From contig JAWMAR010001303.1 of assembly GCA_036785375.1 (NCBI GenBank), forward strand, positions 62,001-126,000: a stretch of 64,000 nucleotides of DNA, written 5' to 3'. This DNA is from Leucoraja ocellata (Eukaryota). Within the stretch, counting starts at the first letter, position 1. Each line of letters opens with the position of its first letter. Made by a program: the position numbers and the translations under genes. Of this stretch, positions 13,391-26,074 are shown one piece after another. The notes below the pieces were generated by a model. It saw only the letters and a program-made list of their open reading frames with translations. It ran no database searches and was not told where the DNA came from.

Positions 13391-13817
13391 TCTATCTATA
13401 AATAACAAAAACTCTGATCTATAAAAGCGCTATGATTTTTCACCAGCTTACTCACCGTTTTCCTCTGCTGCGAATGCACCAAGTTTTGTTCCATTCGATG
13501 GTCTAATGTAATTGTTAGCAAGGTTTAAAAATCGCGCATGAGCAGATCGATCTACTCTCCTGCCAGACGGCACCGCATGAATTGCTATTTTCTCCTGTCA
13601 CTCCACTGTATGGTCTGCCATTTCCTGTGACATTGCGTCTTTACTGGAGCTGAGGGTGGCTCTCCATGGCTGCCGGAGGTCTCCAACCGCACACAATTTT
13701 TTGGAGAGACTGGAAGTGGCGCAACCCGGCCCGGCATGGAGTCGGAGATGGTGATGTCGTCTAACAGAAAACGGAGACTCTAATCCCAGCGGAGGATAAC
13801 GTCCAGCGACCAGCGCC

Positions 13818-13890
13818 CTCTGTGAGACCACATCGCCCGCTGTGAGTCCACATCACCCGCTGTGAGTCCACATTGCCCGCTGTGAGTCAA
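13818..13890. repeat. 20-bp minisatellite (ctgtgagtccacatcgcccg) x ~4
   Basis: Direct tandem units. Confidence 0.9.
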
Positions 13891-14049
13891 CCAGCCCCTT
13901 CCCCTCTGGTCCCCCTCCACCGTGATATTACCCCCACAACCCTTATCAGCCTTCAGTCCCATCAGTCTACCCAACACCATTTCCGGCCTAATGTGGATTT
14001 CCTTCAGTTCCCCTGCCACCCCAGATCCTCAGGTCAATCCATTTCAAGT

Positions 14050-14091
14050 CACACACACACCCTCCACCTCACACACTCACACACACAGCCT

Positions 14092-14158
<67 letters not shown>

Positions 14159-14250
14159 TGTCACTCTCACTCTCTCTCACCCACCCACACACACACAGAC
14201 TCACACACACAGACAGACTCACACACATACAGAGACAGACTCACACACAT
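14050..14250. repeat. (CA)n-rich microsatellite
   Basis: Pure CA run at ~14098-14155 with degenerate flanks. Confidence 0.95.
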
Positions 14251-14464
14251 ATGACAGTAAACTTTCTTGAATCTACTCACAAGGCTGAGCACGGCCTCTC
14301 ATCTGCGGGGCTGCCGCAGTGAGTAGCACTTCCGCAATCAGCATGACCTCTGCACTTAGTGGAAGATACGCAATCAGCATGACCTCCGCACTTAGCGGAA
14401 GTTACGCATCAGCGTGACCTGTCCACTCAGCCTAAGTTATGGAATGAGCGGGTCCATTGGATTA

Positions 14465-15030
14465 ATCACAGTGGGGGCTAAGAAATCATTTATTCCTTGC
14501 AAACACAGTGGGGGCTGAGAAACAATGTATTCCTTGCAAACACAGTGGGGGCTGAGAAACCATTTATTCCTCGGAAACACAAAGGGGGCAGAGAAACCAT
14601 TTATTCCTTGCAAACACAGTGGGGGCTGAGAACATATTTGTTCCTTGCAAACAGTGGGGGCTAACAAACCATTTATTGCAAGGACATTAAGGGTTAACCA
14701 ATCATCATTTATTGCAACCACATCGCGCGGTAACAAAGCATTTATTGCATGCACATAAATGGTTATCCAATCATCATTTATTGTAACCACATTGCGGGGC
14801 AACAAAGCATGTATTGCAAACGCATTAAGGGTTAACCAATCTTCATTTATTGCAAACAAATTGCGGGGTAACAAAGCATTTATTGCAAGTACATAAAGGG
14901 TTAACCAATCATCATTTATTGCAACCACATTGAGGGGTAATAAAGCATTTATTGCAAGCACATAATGGGTAAATAAATCATCATTTATTGCAACCACGTG
15001 GGGTGACAAAGCATAATTTGTTGCAACCAC
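14465..15030. repeat. Minisatellite: ~41-bp units followed by ~75-bp higher-order units
   Basis: Units atttattccttgcaaacacagtgggggctgagaaa, then alternating ~37/38-bp subunits with the core catttattgcaa. Confidence 0.9.
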
Positions 15031-15779
15031 ATAGCAGTCTCACAGTTCAGTAGACACACAGTTCAGTTGAATCACAGCAGAATCTCCCTTGTGATCTTCC
15101 AGAGTGACTGCCTCATGTCCAGGCATCTGGGGTTTTATAGTCCTGCCCCCCCCCCCCCTCCCCCGGTAGGGGCGTTACCTTCATCATGGTAATTAACAGG
15201 CGAGGGGACCAATCAGCTGATCTCAAGATTTTTTCAACATTCATAACTTTTTTATTTTTCAGCGATCGGAAAAATCCTTGGGGCTGCCGCAGTGTAGGAG
15301 GATTGAGAGTAAGATGGCCCAAAATAGTAGCAGTATAGGGTAGTGTTTTTTCTAAAATCAATTAATAGTGTAGATACGAAGTGGTCAAGATGAGACTTTT
15401 AGTTATATAGATTTCACATAATGATCCCTTAGGCTCGCTGAATTCAGCCTGCGAAGAATATTTTCCATTCCAAGAAAAGATGTGCTCTCATCGTAATGAA
15501 TATCAATCTAAGATCTCATTTTATACACATTATTCCTGTATCTTTTCTGGCTCCAATTAAGTTATTGATTAAAATACAAAATGTGTTTATTTGCTGTAGT
15601 TTCCCTTGGAATAAAATCATAGAATCATGTGGTATGGGCACTCAATATCAAAGATACATAGATACATAGACAATAGGTGCAGGAGTAGGCCATTTGGCCC
15701 TTTGAGCCAACACCACCATTCAATATAATCATGGCCCACTGACTCCATGTTAATTATCAAGCATCCATTTTTACACTAG

Positions 15780-16045
15780 TTACACAAATCCTATTTTATT
15801 TTACCTACATTTCCATCAAGTGCCCCAGTCTTTGCCAGTGCTTACATATCAGGGCAATTTATAGTGGTAAATCTGTCTATCACCCCTCACTTCCTTGGGA
15901 TATGTGGAGGAACCCAATGGAGGAAACCTGTGCAATCATAGGAAGAATATAAACCTTTCCACACAGACAGCACTGGAGGTCATATTAAACCTGGGTCATG
16001 GGAGCAGTGAGACAGCTGCTCTAATAGCTGTACCAATGTGATCAC
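15780..16045 (-). mobile_element. Degraded HE1-type SINE
   Basis: Colinear with 9100-9395 (ggcaatttatagtgg, acacagacagcactggaggtc). Confidence 0.65.
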
Positions 16046-16687
16046 TCAATAGTAGATTAAATAAAATATTAAAATAACATCTATGTTTGTTGTTAACTAC
16101 ATATAGCCATCATATATTGAATGTTTTGGATCGTAGTGTGTAGCAAAGCCTATCAAGCTTATTTCTTTGAGAAATTAAGCATTTAAGTATATTATGTTAA
16201 TTGGTCAGCAATACTCCACAACTATCTCTGAACAGCAGGGCCACACAAATTTAGAAATGACCACTCTGCCAACATATGGCACTACTTAGCTGGGTGAATG
16301 AAGTGGTTTTCAATTTCCTGCAGCTAAGTTACGAGGAGCTGCTCTCAGATATGGCTTAAGGAATATATATAATCTGAGGAAGGGAATGCGGTGAAGAGAG
16401 GGAAGCTGTAAAGAAAGAGAGGCATCACTTTAGTTGATGGAGAGAGTAGGGTGACAAAAATGATCTGTGTCACTGAATGAACATAGAAAACACATTCTTG
16501 TGAAGTCCAGGCCATTGTGAGACATGCAGCAGTTTGCCTACAACATGGCACAGAGTGATGGCATTGACATATCTCAGACTACAAGCAGGTCCTTCAGTAA
16601 CCAGATTGGAATGATGGTTGACAAACCACATTTCCGTGAAATACATCAGCCATAGTGTGCTTGGATTTACACTTTTGTTCTAGCAAT

Positions 16688-17450
16688 ATCATAATCATAA
16701 TCATACTTTATTAGCCAAGTATGTTTTGCAACTTATTAGGAATTTGATTTGCCATACAGTTATACCAATAAAAGGCACAAGACACACAAAACACATTTTA
16801 ACATAAACATCCACCACAGTGACTTCTCCACATTCCTCACTGTGATGAAAGGCGAAATAAAAGTTAAATTTCTTCTCTTTTTTGTTCTCCCACGGTCAGG
16901 GGCATCTAGCCTTCTGTTGACGGGAATACTTTGGCTCCTGTAGCTGGCAGTCGGGCCTTCCATGTCGGGGCGATCAAGCTCCCGCATTGGGGGGGGGGGG
17001 ATCTCAGCTCCCAGATCATCGGACCATCGGACCCCGGGTCAGGGCTGGTTGAACCTCCAGCAACTTTAGAGCTTCCCGACATCAGTCTCTACCCGAGACT
17101 GCGAGCTTCTCGATGTTGAAATCCGCAGGCCGTGGTTGGAGCGTCGATCCCAGGCAAGGGACTGCAGGTTCTGATGGTAAGTCTACGGCCCTGCAGTGGG
17201 GCTCAAAGTCAGTCTCGAGCAAGGCCGCCGGCTCCATGATGTTAGGCCGCAGAGCGACTGGATATACAATCCGGAAAACAATTGCATCTCCGGCAAGGTA
17301 AGAGATTGATTCCCCGACTCCCTCCCACACCCCCCACATAAAACAAACCAGAGAACATTAACACAAACTTTTTAAAACACATTAAAAATAACAAAAAAGG
17401 CACAAAGACAGGCAGACCTTTGGCGAGCCTGCCACCGCTGACGGCATGAC
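16688..17450 (-). mobile_element. Non-autonomous element with Rex1-like tail (subfamily shared with 40361-41143 and 27637-28040)
   Basis: (ATGATT)n tail, CACAGTGA stem-loop; colinear with 40361-41143. Confidence 0.8.
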
Positions 17451-18099
17451 CCAGTATCACTACCATTTATCAAAAACAAACCGGAACAATTGCCATAAAT
17501 TTCTGAAAGGCTCTTATCTGGAATAAAATGAAATCTCCATTTTATAAATGTTCAGATGTCGCTGGATGCTGGAATTGAAGCAGTGAAGCAGAAAATGTTT
17601 CAACAGTACATTATTTAAATGTAGGTATATTTTGTCAGAGAGTTTTGCAATGTACAGCCAATTTATCTTTTATGACGTTAGCAATAGAATGATGATTGTG
17701 CAAATTGCATCAAAATATGATTAAAATATTAATTTGGCAATACAGCTGGGCTGACAAAATAACTATACTTTGTAAAACTGAAATAAAGATTTTGTTTACA
17801 GCTTTTCAAAACTTGGGGAAATAAATCACAATGCTTGCATAATGAGATATTATGGATTTCTCCAGATCACAAGATTTATCCCGAGTGTGCTGGATTTGAT
17901 GTCTCCACCAATTTAAAGATTTCATTACATAAAACAAGAAGCCTAGGTACCATCTCAGAAATGTATAAAATTGATACTTTTGCTGATAACCATGAAATAT
18001 TGGAAAATCGAAGCAAAGTGTAATAATCACAATTCACTCATGTGCAGGTTTGCTCTTCATCTGCAGATCTTATCTGGTCAACATAATGTGAAATAGCAT

Positions 18100-19000
18100 A
18101 AAAATGCCTCCCAGGTTTTTTTTTTAATTTTTCTGAAACATGCAAGCAAGGAAGGAACTAGTTTGGAGGATGTTAGTAAAAATACAACTGCTGCTGTTTG
18201 CAGTAGCCCTTTTGGTTCAGCAGCCTTTTAAGAAAGGCAGAAAGGGAAGAGCAAGGGTGAAGAGGAAGCACAAGAAGACGTCTCAATGGGTGAATGGAGA
18301 TGATGTGCTGGACTATCCCAGTACACCAGATGACTGGAAGAGAGTGGCGCTGGGCTTTGACAAAAGATGGAACTTTAAGCACACACGTGGGGCAGTGGAT
18401 GGCAAGCATGCCATTCTTGTCTCTGTCCCTGTCCTTGTACCCCTCATTTTCCTTTTTGTACAGGATGGTATTCTGCTGGAAGCATTCCTCAAGGTCCCCC
18501 TCCTGCTGCCTGGTGAAGGTGTAGGGCATAACCTTCCTCCAGCCCTCCCTTACCACCAATGGGACATCTGCCTCTGATGCTGTGTCAGCACAGGAGAAAA
18601 GGCTGCTTTGCTGCCTTGAAATAAGGCAGTGAAGGATGGGGTGGTGGTGGGGACATATACTACCACCCTGGTCTCCTCCTCCAAAGGGACCCTCATGCAG
18701 GGCTACCTCCTCCTGCACTATAACCTCCTGTGGCATCACCTCCTGCCACTCCTCCTCCTGAGTGGGCAACACCTTCATGGCAGGTTTTTTTTTAGGGTTG
18801 CGCCCTCCCACTGCACTGCTGCCTTTTTGGTGCCATCTCTAAAACACTTCTTCTCTCCAAAAAACTCTCCAACTATTGGAGTGAAAGGTGACGTTCTGCT
18901 GTTTAAATGACCCTTTTTTAAAATTACCTTTTTCACCCCGCAACTATTACCTTCGACTACCTTCGACTACCTATGACTAGCATCACAACCTACTATCTTA
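18100..19000. pseudogene. PIF/Harbinger transposon relic: HARBI1-like DDE fragment (+) abutting a MADF/Myb-like fragment (-)
   Basis: + strand YPSTPDDWKRVALGFDKRWNFKHTRGAVDGKH (~18310-18410); - strand DLEECFQQNTILYKKENEGYKDRDRDK (~18415-18500); cttcgactac repeats at ~18950. Confidence 0.75.
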
Positions 19001-20535
19001 ATTTCCCTGCAACACTTCTGGCATTGATTTTACTGCATTATTAATCTTTGTCAATTTTATTTCCTTCATTATTATCATTTACTGTTGATTGTTGAAGACC
19101 ATACTAACATAAAGCATAATATTCCCCTTCCGCACTATCCCCACCAAATCTCACCTTCCGTCACCTCCTCCCCCCATTCCACCACCACCCAAACGTCTTA
19201 CCCTTTCCATAAGTTGATCAACATTGTTTCCAGGATTAAAACGCATCAACAATTAATTCTACTTTGTCAGTTTGACACAGGATACTTTTCCAAATTTCAT
19301 CAAAATCGTGCCTCAATAGTGGTAAGTCATTTCACTTCTGTCTATTTCTCTACTTTCAACCTTTTAGTTCAGGAATTTGCGAATGACACACTTGTGTGAG
19401 GACTCTAGCCACTTACCATCACCTGGCACTCCTTAATTAAGCAATGCTGGTTGAAATAAATGCAAATAAAGGCAAAAGGCATTCTGAATGTTTGTAACAA
19501 AAAATGTCTATGTAAAATTCTGACAGGTTTGAACCTGTATAACAGCATGTATCTTCAGACCTTTCATTAGGAACATGTTTTAATCAAAATTAAGGCAAAA
19601 TTGTGGAAGGATGTAGAAAATTAATTAGTTTCAAAGTCCATTGTTAATAACTCAAATAAAATTACATCTCAAAATCAAGGCATAAAATCTATTTTTAAAT
19701 TCGCACAATTTTTAGAATAATGTTTTCATTTTCCCTTTAAAAAATTAATATGTCTAGCAGTATTACTGAATCCAGCGGCACTTTAGGAGTTCAAATATTC
19801 TACTTTATGGCACTGAATGAACCTAATGATCATAGTTGGTTAGTCACTGCTGACATCTTGAAATTACACTGAAAACCCATTTAATGCAGTCTAGCATCAT
19901 TCCACAAATACCACTTACTGACATTTTGCATTGAGCAAAGATTCTTATCTGCTGGCAGTACAGATTTGAAGCACAAATACATGCCACTTACAATTTCACA
20001 AATGTATGGATGAAGCTGCTAACAAGAAAGGAAGCAGATAATTACCGTTCAAGCTTTGGATTGCAAATTGAACAAATATTCAAAGTCCATGACAGTTAGC
20101 ACCCATCTTTTAAAAAGGAGTATGTTAAAAATATCACTCAAATGCAAGTATCCTTGATCCGTTTGGATTGATAGCTGAGAGTATTTCATCTAAAGTTTTA
20201 CTTTTTACAAAATTAAATTAAGCCATCTTTCTGTGTGAGAATGGAGTTCTATATTAAACTCCAGAGGGTTATAACCAATGTTTTCACAGATCAGTTCCAA
20301 CAGATAGGAGCAGAGCATTATGGTGAATGAACAATGTTTAAAGAAGATGTGTGGGGTAGGTTTTTATATAGAGACGGTGGTAGAGGCCAGGAAATTGATG
20401 CCAGGGCTGGCGTGGAGGCAGGAATGATAGTGGTCTTTCCGAGATTTTTAGTTAGAATGAAGAGATATGGAACATGTGCAACCAGAGGAGATTAGTTCAT
20501 CTCGACATTATGTTCAGTATAGGGAATGTGACCAA

Positions 20536-21195
20536 AAGTGGAGCGCGTCTCCAGCTATAAATTCCTCGGAGTACATATCTCGGAGGATTTGTCCTGGTCC
20601 CTCAACACCTCCAAGCTGATCAAAAAGGCACAGCAGTGCCTTTACTTCCTGAGGAGGCTCAAGAAAGCCCACCTGTCCCCCCGGATCCTGACCAACTTTT
20701 ACCGCTGTACCATAGAGAGTATCCTGACCACCTACTTCACGGTATGGTACAGCAGCTGCACTGCTGCGGACAGGAAGGCACTGCAACGGGTGGTGAAAAC
20801 CGCGCAGCACATCATCGGTGCCCCGCTCCCTGCCATGGATGCCCTCCACCGAAAACGGGCTGGGAAGATCATCAAAGACCCCTCACACCCCAACCATGGA
20901 CTGTTTGCCCTCCTCCCATCAGGGAGGCGGTACAGGAGCCTCAGGTCACATACTAGTAGGATGAGGAACAGCTTCTACAATAATACAATCACATTGCTGA
21001 ACTCAGAGTCCCGCCGATAGATTTCTCCGGTCCCTCCGTCCCCATTGTTCTGTATTTATTCTGTATTTTTTGATTATTCTGTATCTTCTCTCTTTCTATT
21101 TTTTTTATTTCTTTATGCACAACTACTACGGACTGACACAAAACTGCATTTCGTTGTACTCATACTTGTATTTGTGCGATGACAATTGAATTATT
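20536..21195 (+). mobile_element. Rex1/Babar LINE 3' end (RT C-terminus and tail)
   Basis: ERVSSYKFLGVHISEDLSW..KKAQQCLYFLRRL..FYRCTIESILT..DPSHP..LLPSGRRYRS; tail atttcgttgt...gatgacaat. Confidence 0.92.
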
Positions 21196-22012
21196 CCAGA
21201 CTGTACTATGTTCCATGTTCTAAAATAATGGTACTTGTATATCTTCCTATTCTTCAGTAAAAGTTAATTTCTGGAAGGCACCACATAATGTATAGGAAAA
21301 AATCTACTTGGCCAGGGCGAGTAACCTACGGCAGACAGGAAAAAGGTTTGAGGTCATCGTTCAACTTCTTGAAAGCATCGTCCATTTACTGGTAAACCTG
21401 CTAATTTAACAAAAGACTCTGCCACTTGTATGTTATTATGTACCTGTAGATTATTTCTCAATACCATTGCATGCTAACTCATTCTATAACCTTGTTCCAT
21501 GTTTTTGTTGAATGAAATCTATTCCTAATTGATTGCTGTAATTTTTTTGTTTGCCTTAAATTACTTAATATAAGAAATGTTTTACATTCTTAATGATTTT
21601 TGTTTGCATTGTTTAATCAATACATGCAGATTGATTTTGCCTCCTAGTTTGTCATTAATTGTACAGAATGTAATTTTGATCTCTTTATTGCATTACACAC
21701 ATTACTCTTTGCATGATTTAATATTTAATATTTAACTTTAAATTTATTTATTTGGTAATTTTGAAAAAAAATAGTTACCTGAAGCATTAGCTGTTTCTCT
21801 CTGCATTAATTAAATCTGACCTGGTGATTTTTAAAAATAATTTTCTGTTATATCATGTAGCGACAGTCATTTAAAAAAAAGATGATTATTCAAAATATTT
21901 TCAACATGCAGCAGTTGTCCGATTAAATGTCTCACAACATCAACTTAAAACAAAACCTATCCATTCTGATATTTTTAAGAGAGTTACCTCTTTAGATTTT
22001 AAGCTTGTTACA

Positions 22013-22064
<52 letters not shown>
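22013..22064. repeat. (TGTC)n microsatellite
   Basis: About 13 direct units. Confidence 0.97.
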
Positions 22065-22139
22065 GTTGAGTGAGTGCAGCAGATGAGCGAGTGCAGCCGG
22101 CAGCCATTGAGTGCGGCCGGGAGCTGATGAGTGAGTGAG

Positions 22140-22660
22140 GCCGGGACCCCTCCTCCCTCCCACACACAACCCTCCCCCATACACACACACCCATCCCCCC
22201 TCCCACACACACCCATTCCCCCTCCCACACACAAACCCGCAGACACCACCCCCAAGCACCACCCCGCCACACACACACCACCTCCCACACACACCCGTCC
22301 CCTCTCATACACAGCCCTCCCCCCTCCCACATAAACACCTCCCCCCCTCACTACCACACCCTCCTCCCACACAAACCCATACCCCCTCCCACACACACCC
22401 TTCCCCCTCCCACAAACATCCCCCTTCCGCACACACCCCCCACCCACATTCAACCACCCCCTCCCACATGCCTCCCACCCACACACCCCTCCCCTCCCAC
22501 CACCACAACCCCACCCCCTCCCCCCTAGCCACCATCCCCCAGCCACCATCCCCAGCCCCCAGCCCCCCCAGTCCCTCCCATTCCCCCCTCCTCCCCCACT
22601 CCCCCACCTCCAACCCCCTCCCCCAACCGCCACCCCCCCCCCCCCCTCTCCCCACCGGTC
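22140..22660. repeat. C/A-rich low-complexity tract (G-run-rich on the - strand)
   Basis: Repeated cccctcccacacac motifs. Confidence 0.9.
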
Positions 22661-22959
22661 CCCGACTGAAATCGTGCCCGTCCCCATCCCCAGCTGCAGG
22701 ATGCTCCCCACTGGTGCTTGCCTGAAGCCGGTGGGGAGCAGCAGCAGCAGGCCGAGGCAGCGGCAGGGTTAGGCAGTGGCAGGGTTAGGCAGTGGCAGCA
22801 GTAGGCCATGGCAGGGCCAGGGGCAGGTAGTGGCAGCGGTAGGCCAAGGCAGCAGTAGGCCACGGCAGCGCTCCAACCCCCTACCCCACCAGGCCCCACC
22901 AGAAGCCGTCCCCCCACCAACCCCCGACAGCCCCCACCTGAAGCCGCCCCCCTTTCCCG

Positions 22960-23515
22960 GCTGCAGAATGCAACAAGGGACACAACAAGAAAGAACTTAA
23001 CTGAATAAATCTCATCTTGGGCCGCTGCTCCAACATCATGGAGCTGCGGTTTGGGAGAGCTTCCAACGCGGCTGGCGCTGACCATCATCATGGAGTCCTG
23101 GGGCCCTTTGCTGAGGGCCGCCAGAGCTGCATCTCCGTCCAGCGCGGCCAGCTGACTTTGGGAGCCACGGAGGTGGCCGACTGGGATGTCCAGGCCACTG
23201 AGGAGGTCCCCCAGCCCCGACATTGGGCTTGCATCACCTCGGCAAGTGGGCCTGAACATCGGGCCACCCGTAGCGGCGACTGCGGGGGGCTCGGGGGGGG
23301 GGGGCTCGACCACGGATGAACATTGGGAAACATTAGAGGAAGAGGACTGACTTTGGGAAACTTTGCTTCTGCTGTGTGGGGATGTGTTATGTTGAATTCT
23401 ATCAACGCTATGTTGTGTTCTTTATTTTTACCGCATGGCTGTATGGTGATTACATTTCCCTGTGCCAATTGGCACATGTAACAAATAAATGTATCTTGTA
23501 TATCTTGTATCTTTA
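22960..23515 (+). mobile_element. Non-autonomous element with Rex1-like tail
   Basis: GC-rich body, tail acatttccc...gtaacaaataaa followed by gtatctt repeats. Confidence 0.55.
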
Positions 23516-24038
23516 ACATTTAAATTATTGTTATATTCTAAGAGTTATTCACATTTTTAGCTTTAATAAATTCCTTTTCCACTTGCTGTGCCCATCAGCT
23601 ATGTCTGCGCAGTATGGCAAGGGATGGAGTGGGGGGGGGGGGAGGATTAGAAGCGTCGCAACGGGAACCTGTCTGCTGCGCCTGCGCAGTTGGAGGCTAT
23701 GGGTGAGTGGTGGAATATTAAGGGTCCCACTTAATCTAGTTGTTGTTTAAATCATCAGATTAGAAGGGGTAAATATCCCAAAATTGTAGGCTTTTGATTT
23801 TAAACCTACATGAATTGAGTTTGCCCATTAGTTTTAGTGACAGCCATGAGAGGCTAAAAGATCTGTTCTCAACACAGAGAACTCTTACACCCTCTGTGCA
23901 TCAGAAGAGAGGCATACTTCATCTTTAGATAGCAAGGCATTTTGTAAGATTCAAAAAATACAATCCATGTGGTGGAATAACTAAATCAAGACTCAAAATA
24001 AAATGATCACTTTACTGAAAGTCACAAACATTAGTTCT

Positions 24039-24228
24039 AGACTCAACTCTTAAGAGCTTTCTACTTTCACTGAACTTTACTCAAGAGTACTTTTTTAAAA
24101 GATCATATGTTCTGGCCATTTGGAGCTTTTTTTACATGGTTGTTCCAATGGCCAGAACATATGATCTTTTAAAAAAGTACTCTTGAGTAAAGTTCAGTGA
24201 AAGTAGAGAGCTCTTAAGAGTTGAGTCT
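24039..24228. repeat. Near-perfect inverted repeat (82-bp arms, 26-nt spacer)
   Basis: 24039-24120 is the reverse complement of 24147-24228 with one mismatch. Confidence 0.97.
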
Positions 24229-24599
24229 CCACTTTGCAGATTTGTAACGATTTATTTAATAAATAACAAAAACAAAGTATATTTTTCCAATGTATGCTTC
24301 CTTCAAGTTATTTTCAGTTATTTTGCGGAAAATTATTTAAGAAAGTTCAAATAATTCACTCAATAAACACATAATCTGGCTGAACATCAGAGGGGAGACT
24401 AGGGGGAAAATATTAATTGAGTCACTACTCACAGTCAAATAGTGGTAGACATCTGAATATTCTCCCAGGAAGATATTTTTTTCCAACTGGAATGAAAGAT
24501 AATGCTGGAAATACTCAGCATGACAGATATAAACTGTGCAGTGAGAAACAGAGTGAAATTCTCAGGCCCATGACATTTTGTAAAAGTTAGACAAAGTTA

Positions 24600-25110
24600 G
24601 TCATACTCATAGTCATACAGCACTAAACCAGGCCCTTTGGCCCACTCGTCCATGCGGACCAAGATGCCCCATCTAAGCTGGTCCCATTTAGCACACCAGC
24701 ACCTCTACTTCCTTAGAAGGTTTAGGAAATTGAGAACATTTGAGAAAATGAGGTGAAAATTGAGGAGAGATCTGATCACAGCATTTAAACAATGAGGTAT
24801 CTGAACCGAGTGGATAGTGGGATAGTTTGTCCTATTAATGGAGATGATGAGAACCAACGGTTGCAGGTATCAAATAAAGGGGAAGAGAATTAACCATTAC
24901 ATGAAGAAAATCTTTATTTTGGGAATCTGGTGTGGGAAACTGGTATGTATTGCCTGTATATATGGTGGAGGTTTGTAGCTTTAAGAGGAAATTAGATACA
25001 TGTTGAGGAAATGTTCGTAAGACTGTGGAGCAGGATTCAGAAATAGGTAATTGCTTGCATGCTGAATGCTGGCATGAACCAAATGTGCCTAATCTATGAT
25101 TCTATGATCT
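24600..25110. mobile_element. Degraded CR1 3' fragments in both orientations
   Basis: ggccctttggccc tail on -, gaggagagatctgat / tatgattctatga on +. Confidence 0.55.
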
Positions 25111-25329
25111 ATGAGGCTTCATACCCTCCTCCACATCAAAGAAAAGCACACAGATAAAATGTCAGATAGGCAATCACCTATGAAATGTAGGAAATGATCT
25201 GATTGCAAACGTAGACCAGCCATCTGTCGTTCAATGTGTACTGATGATATCTATGTGGCACAGGATTGAATAGAGAAAGATCCCTAGCAGCTAGATTTCA
25301 TCAAGCAAGTCAGCAGCATGTTAGTCATT

Positions 25330-26010
25330 TCTACTTTTTTTGTTTTTCATATTATGTCCAAATGTGTGTTTTAATGTCTCTCGGTGCGTCTTGTGTGGGG
25401 GGTAGTGTAGGGGGGTAAGGGGGAAACCGCTTTCGGTCACCTCCACTATGGAGAGGCACCTTTTTCCATGTCGCCTCCCTCGTGGCCTAACACCAAGGAT
25501 TGGTGCGGCCTTTCCCAGAGTCGGGCCCGGAACTTTAGCAGCGGGCGCAGCATGAACTTTTTCCGACCGCTAGGCCGCGGACTGTTCAGTATGAAGCTGT
25601 GGTTTGTGGAGCTTCTAGCCGCTGGCGTGGCTTCCGGAGCTTGGGATCCCTCGTTGGGGACCCACATGGGAGAAGAGCTCCAACCCGCAGGCCCGCGACC
25701 TTCAACATCTTGAAGTCTGCGGAGCTTCTAGCTGCGGGCAAGGCGGGGACGTACTTACTTACCCTCCGGAGCAGGATCCCTCACCGGGAATCCCTGAAGA
25801 AGAGCTCCGACCACCGGCCTGCGGCCTACTTCCTCCTGAAGCCGCGGTCTCCGGCAGGAAGCACCGACTGACTATACTTTGTGCCTTCCACCACAGTGAA
25901 GAATGCTGTGGTGGATGTTGTGTTAAATTTTTATTGTGTGTTCTTTTTTATTGTACCGCTGCTGACAAGTTAATTTCACTGCATTTTATTGAGTTTGTGA
26001 TGAATAAATC

Positions 26011-26073
<63 letters not shown>
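25330..26073 (+). mobile_element. Non-autonomous element with Rex1-like tail ending in (GATT)n
   Basis: T-rich/G-run 5' part, GC-rich core, ccaccacag..ctgtggtgg stem, aataaa then (GATT)n at 26010-26073. Confidence 0.75.

Positions 26074-26074
<1 letters not shown>

Larger units (their letters stand above)
13394..15412. mobile_element. ~2-kb non-autonomous element with imperfect terminal inverted repeats and internal satellites
   Basis: Ends atctataaataacaaaaactctgatct and agatgagacttttagttatatagat are imperfect inverted repeats; the interior is tandem arrays. Confidence 0.5.
21945..23740 (-). mobile_element. Helentron-associated (HINE/DINE-like) non-autonomous element, probable, with nested SINE-like insertion
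   Basis: ACTAGattaagtgggaccc start on the - strand at 23740, (GACA)n near the other end, C-rich low-complexity interior. Confidence 0.4.

Noticed and set aside
14437-15030. 197-aa ORF with 25-aa repeats (VVAINDDWLTL..)
   Set aside because: Translation of a 75-bp minisatellite whose period is a multiple of 3; no gene context
14465-15030. CRISPR-like array
   Set aside because: Units are tandem with no unique spacers, there are no cas genes, and the context is eukaryotic
17867-17947. Possible plus-strand exon (DHKIYPECAGFDVSTNLKISLHKTRSL)
   Set aside because: Weak splice signals and no recognisable similarity
18140-18577. Domesticated HARBI1 gene
   Set aside because: Only a short DDE fragment, truncated by deletion and lacking the remaining catalytic residues
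21940-23313. Long Gly/Pro/His-rich ORFs on both strands
   Set aside because: Low-complexity C/G tracts and GC-rich repeat interior lacking stops
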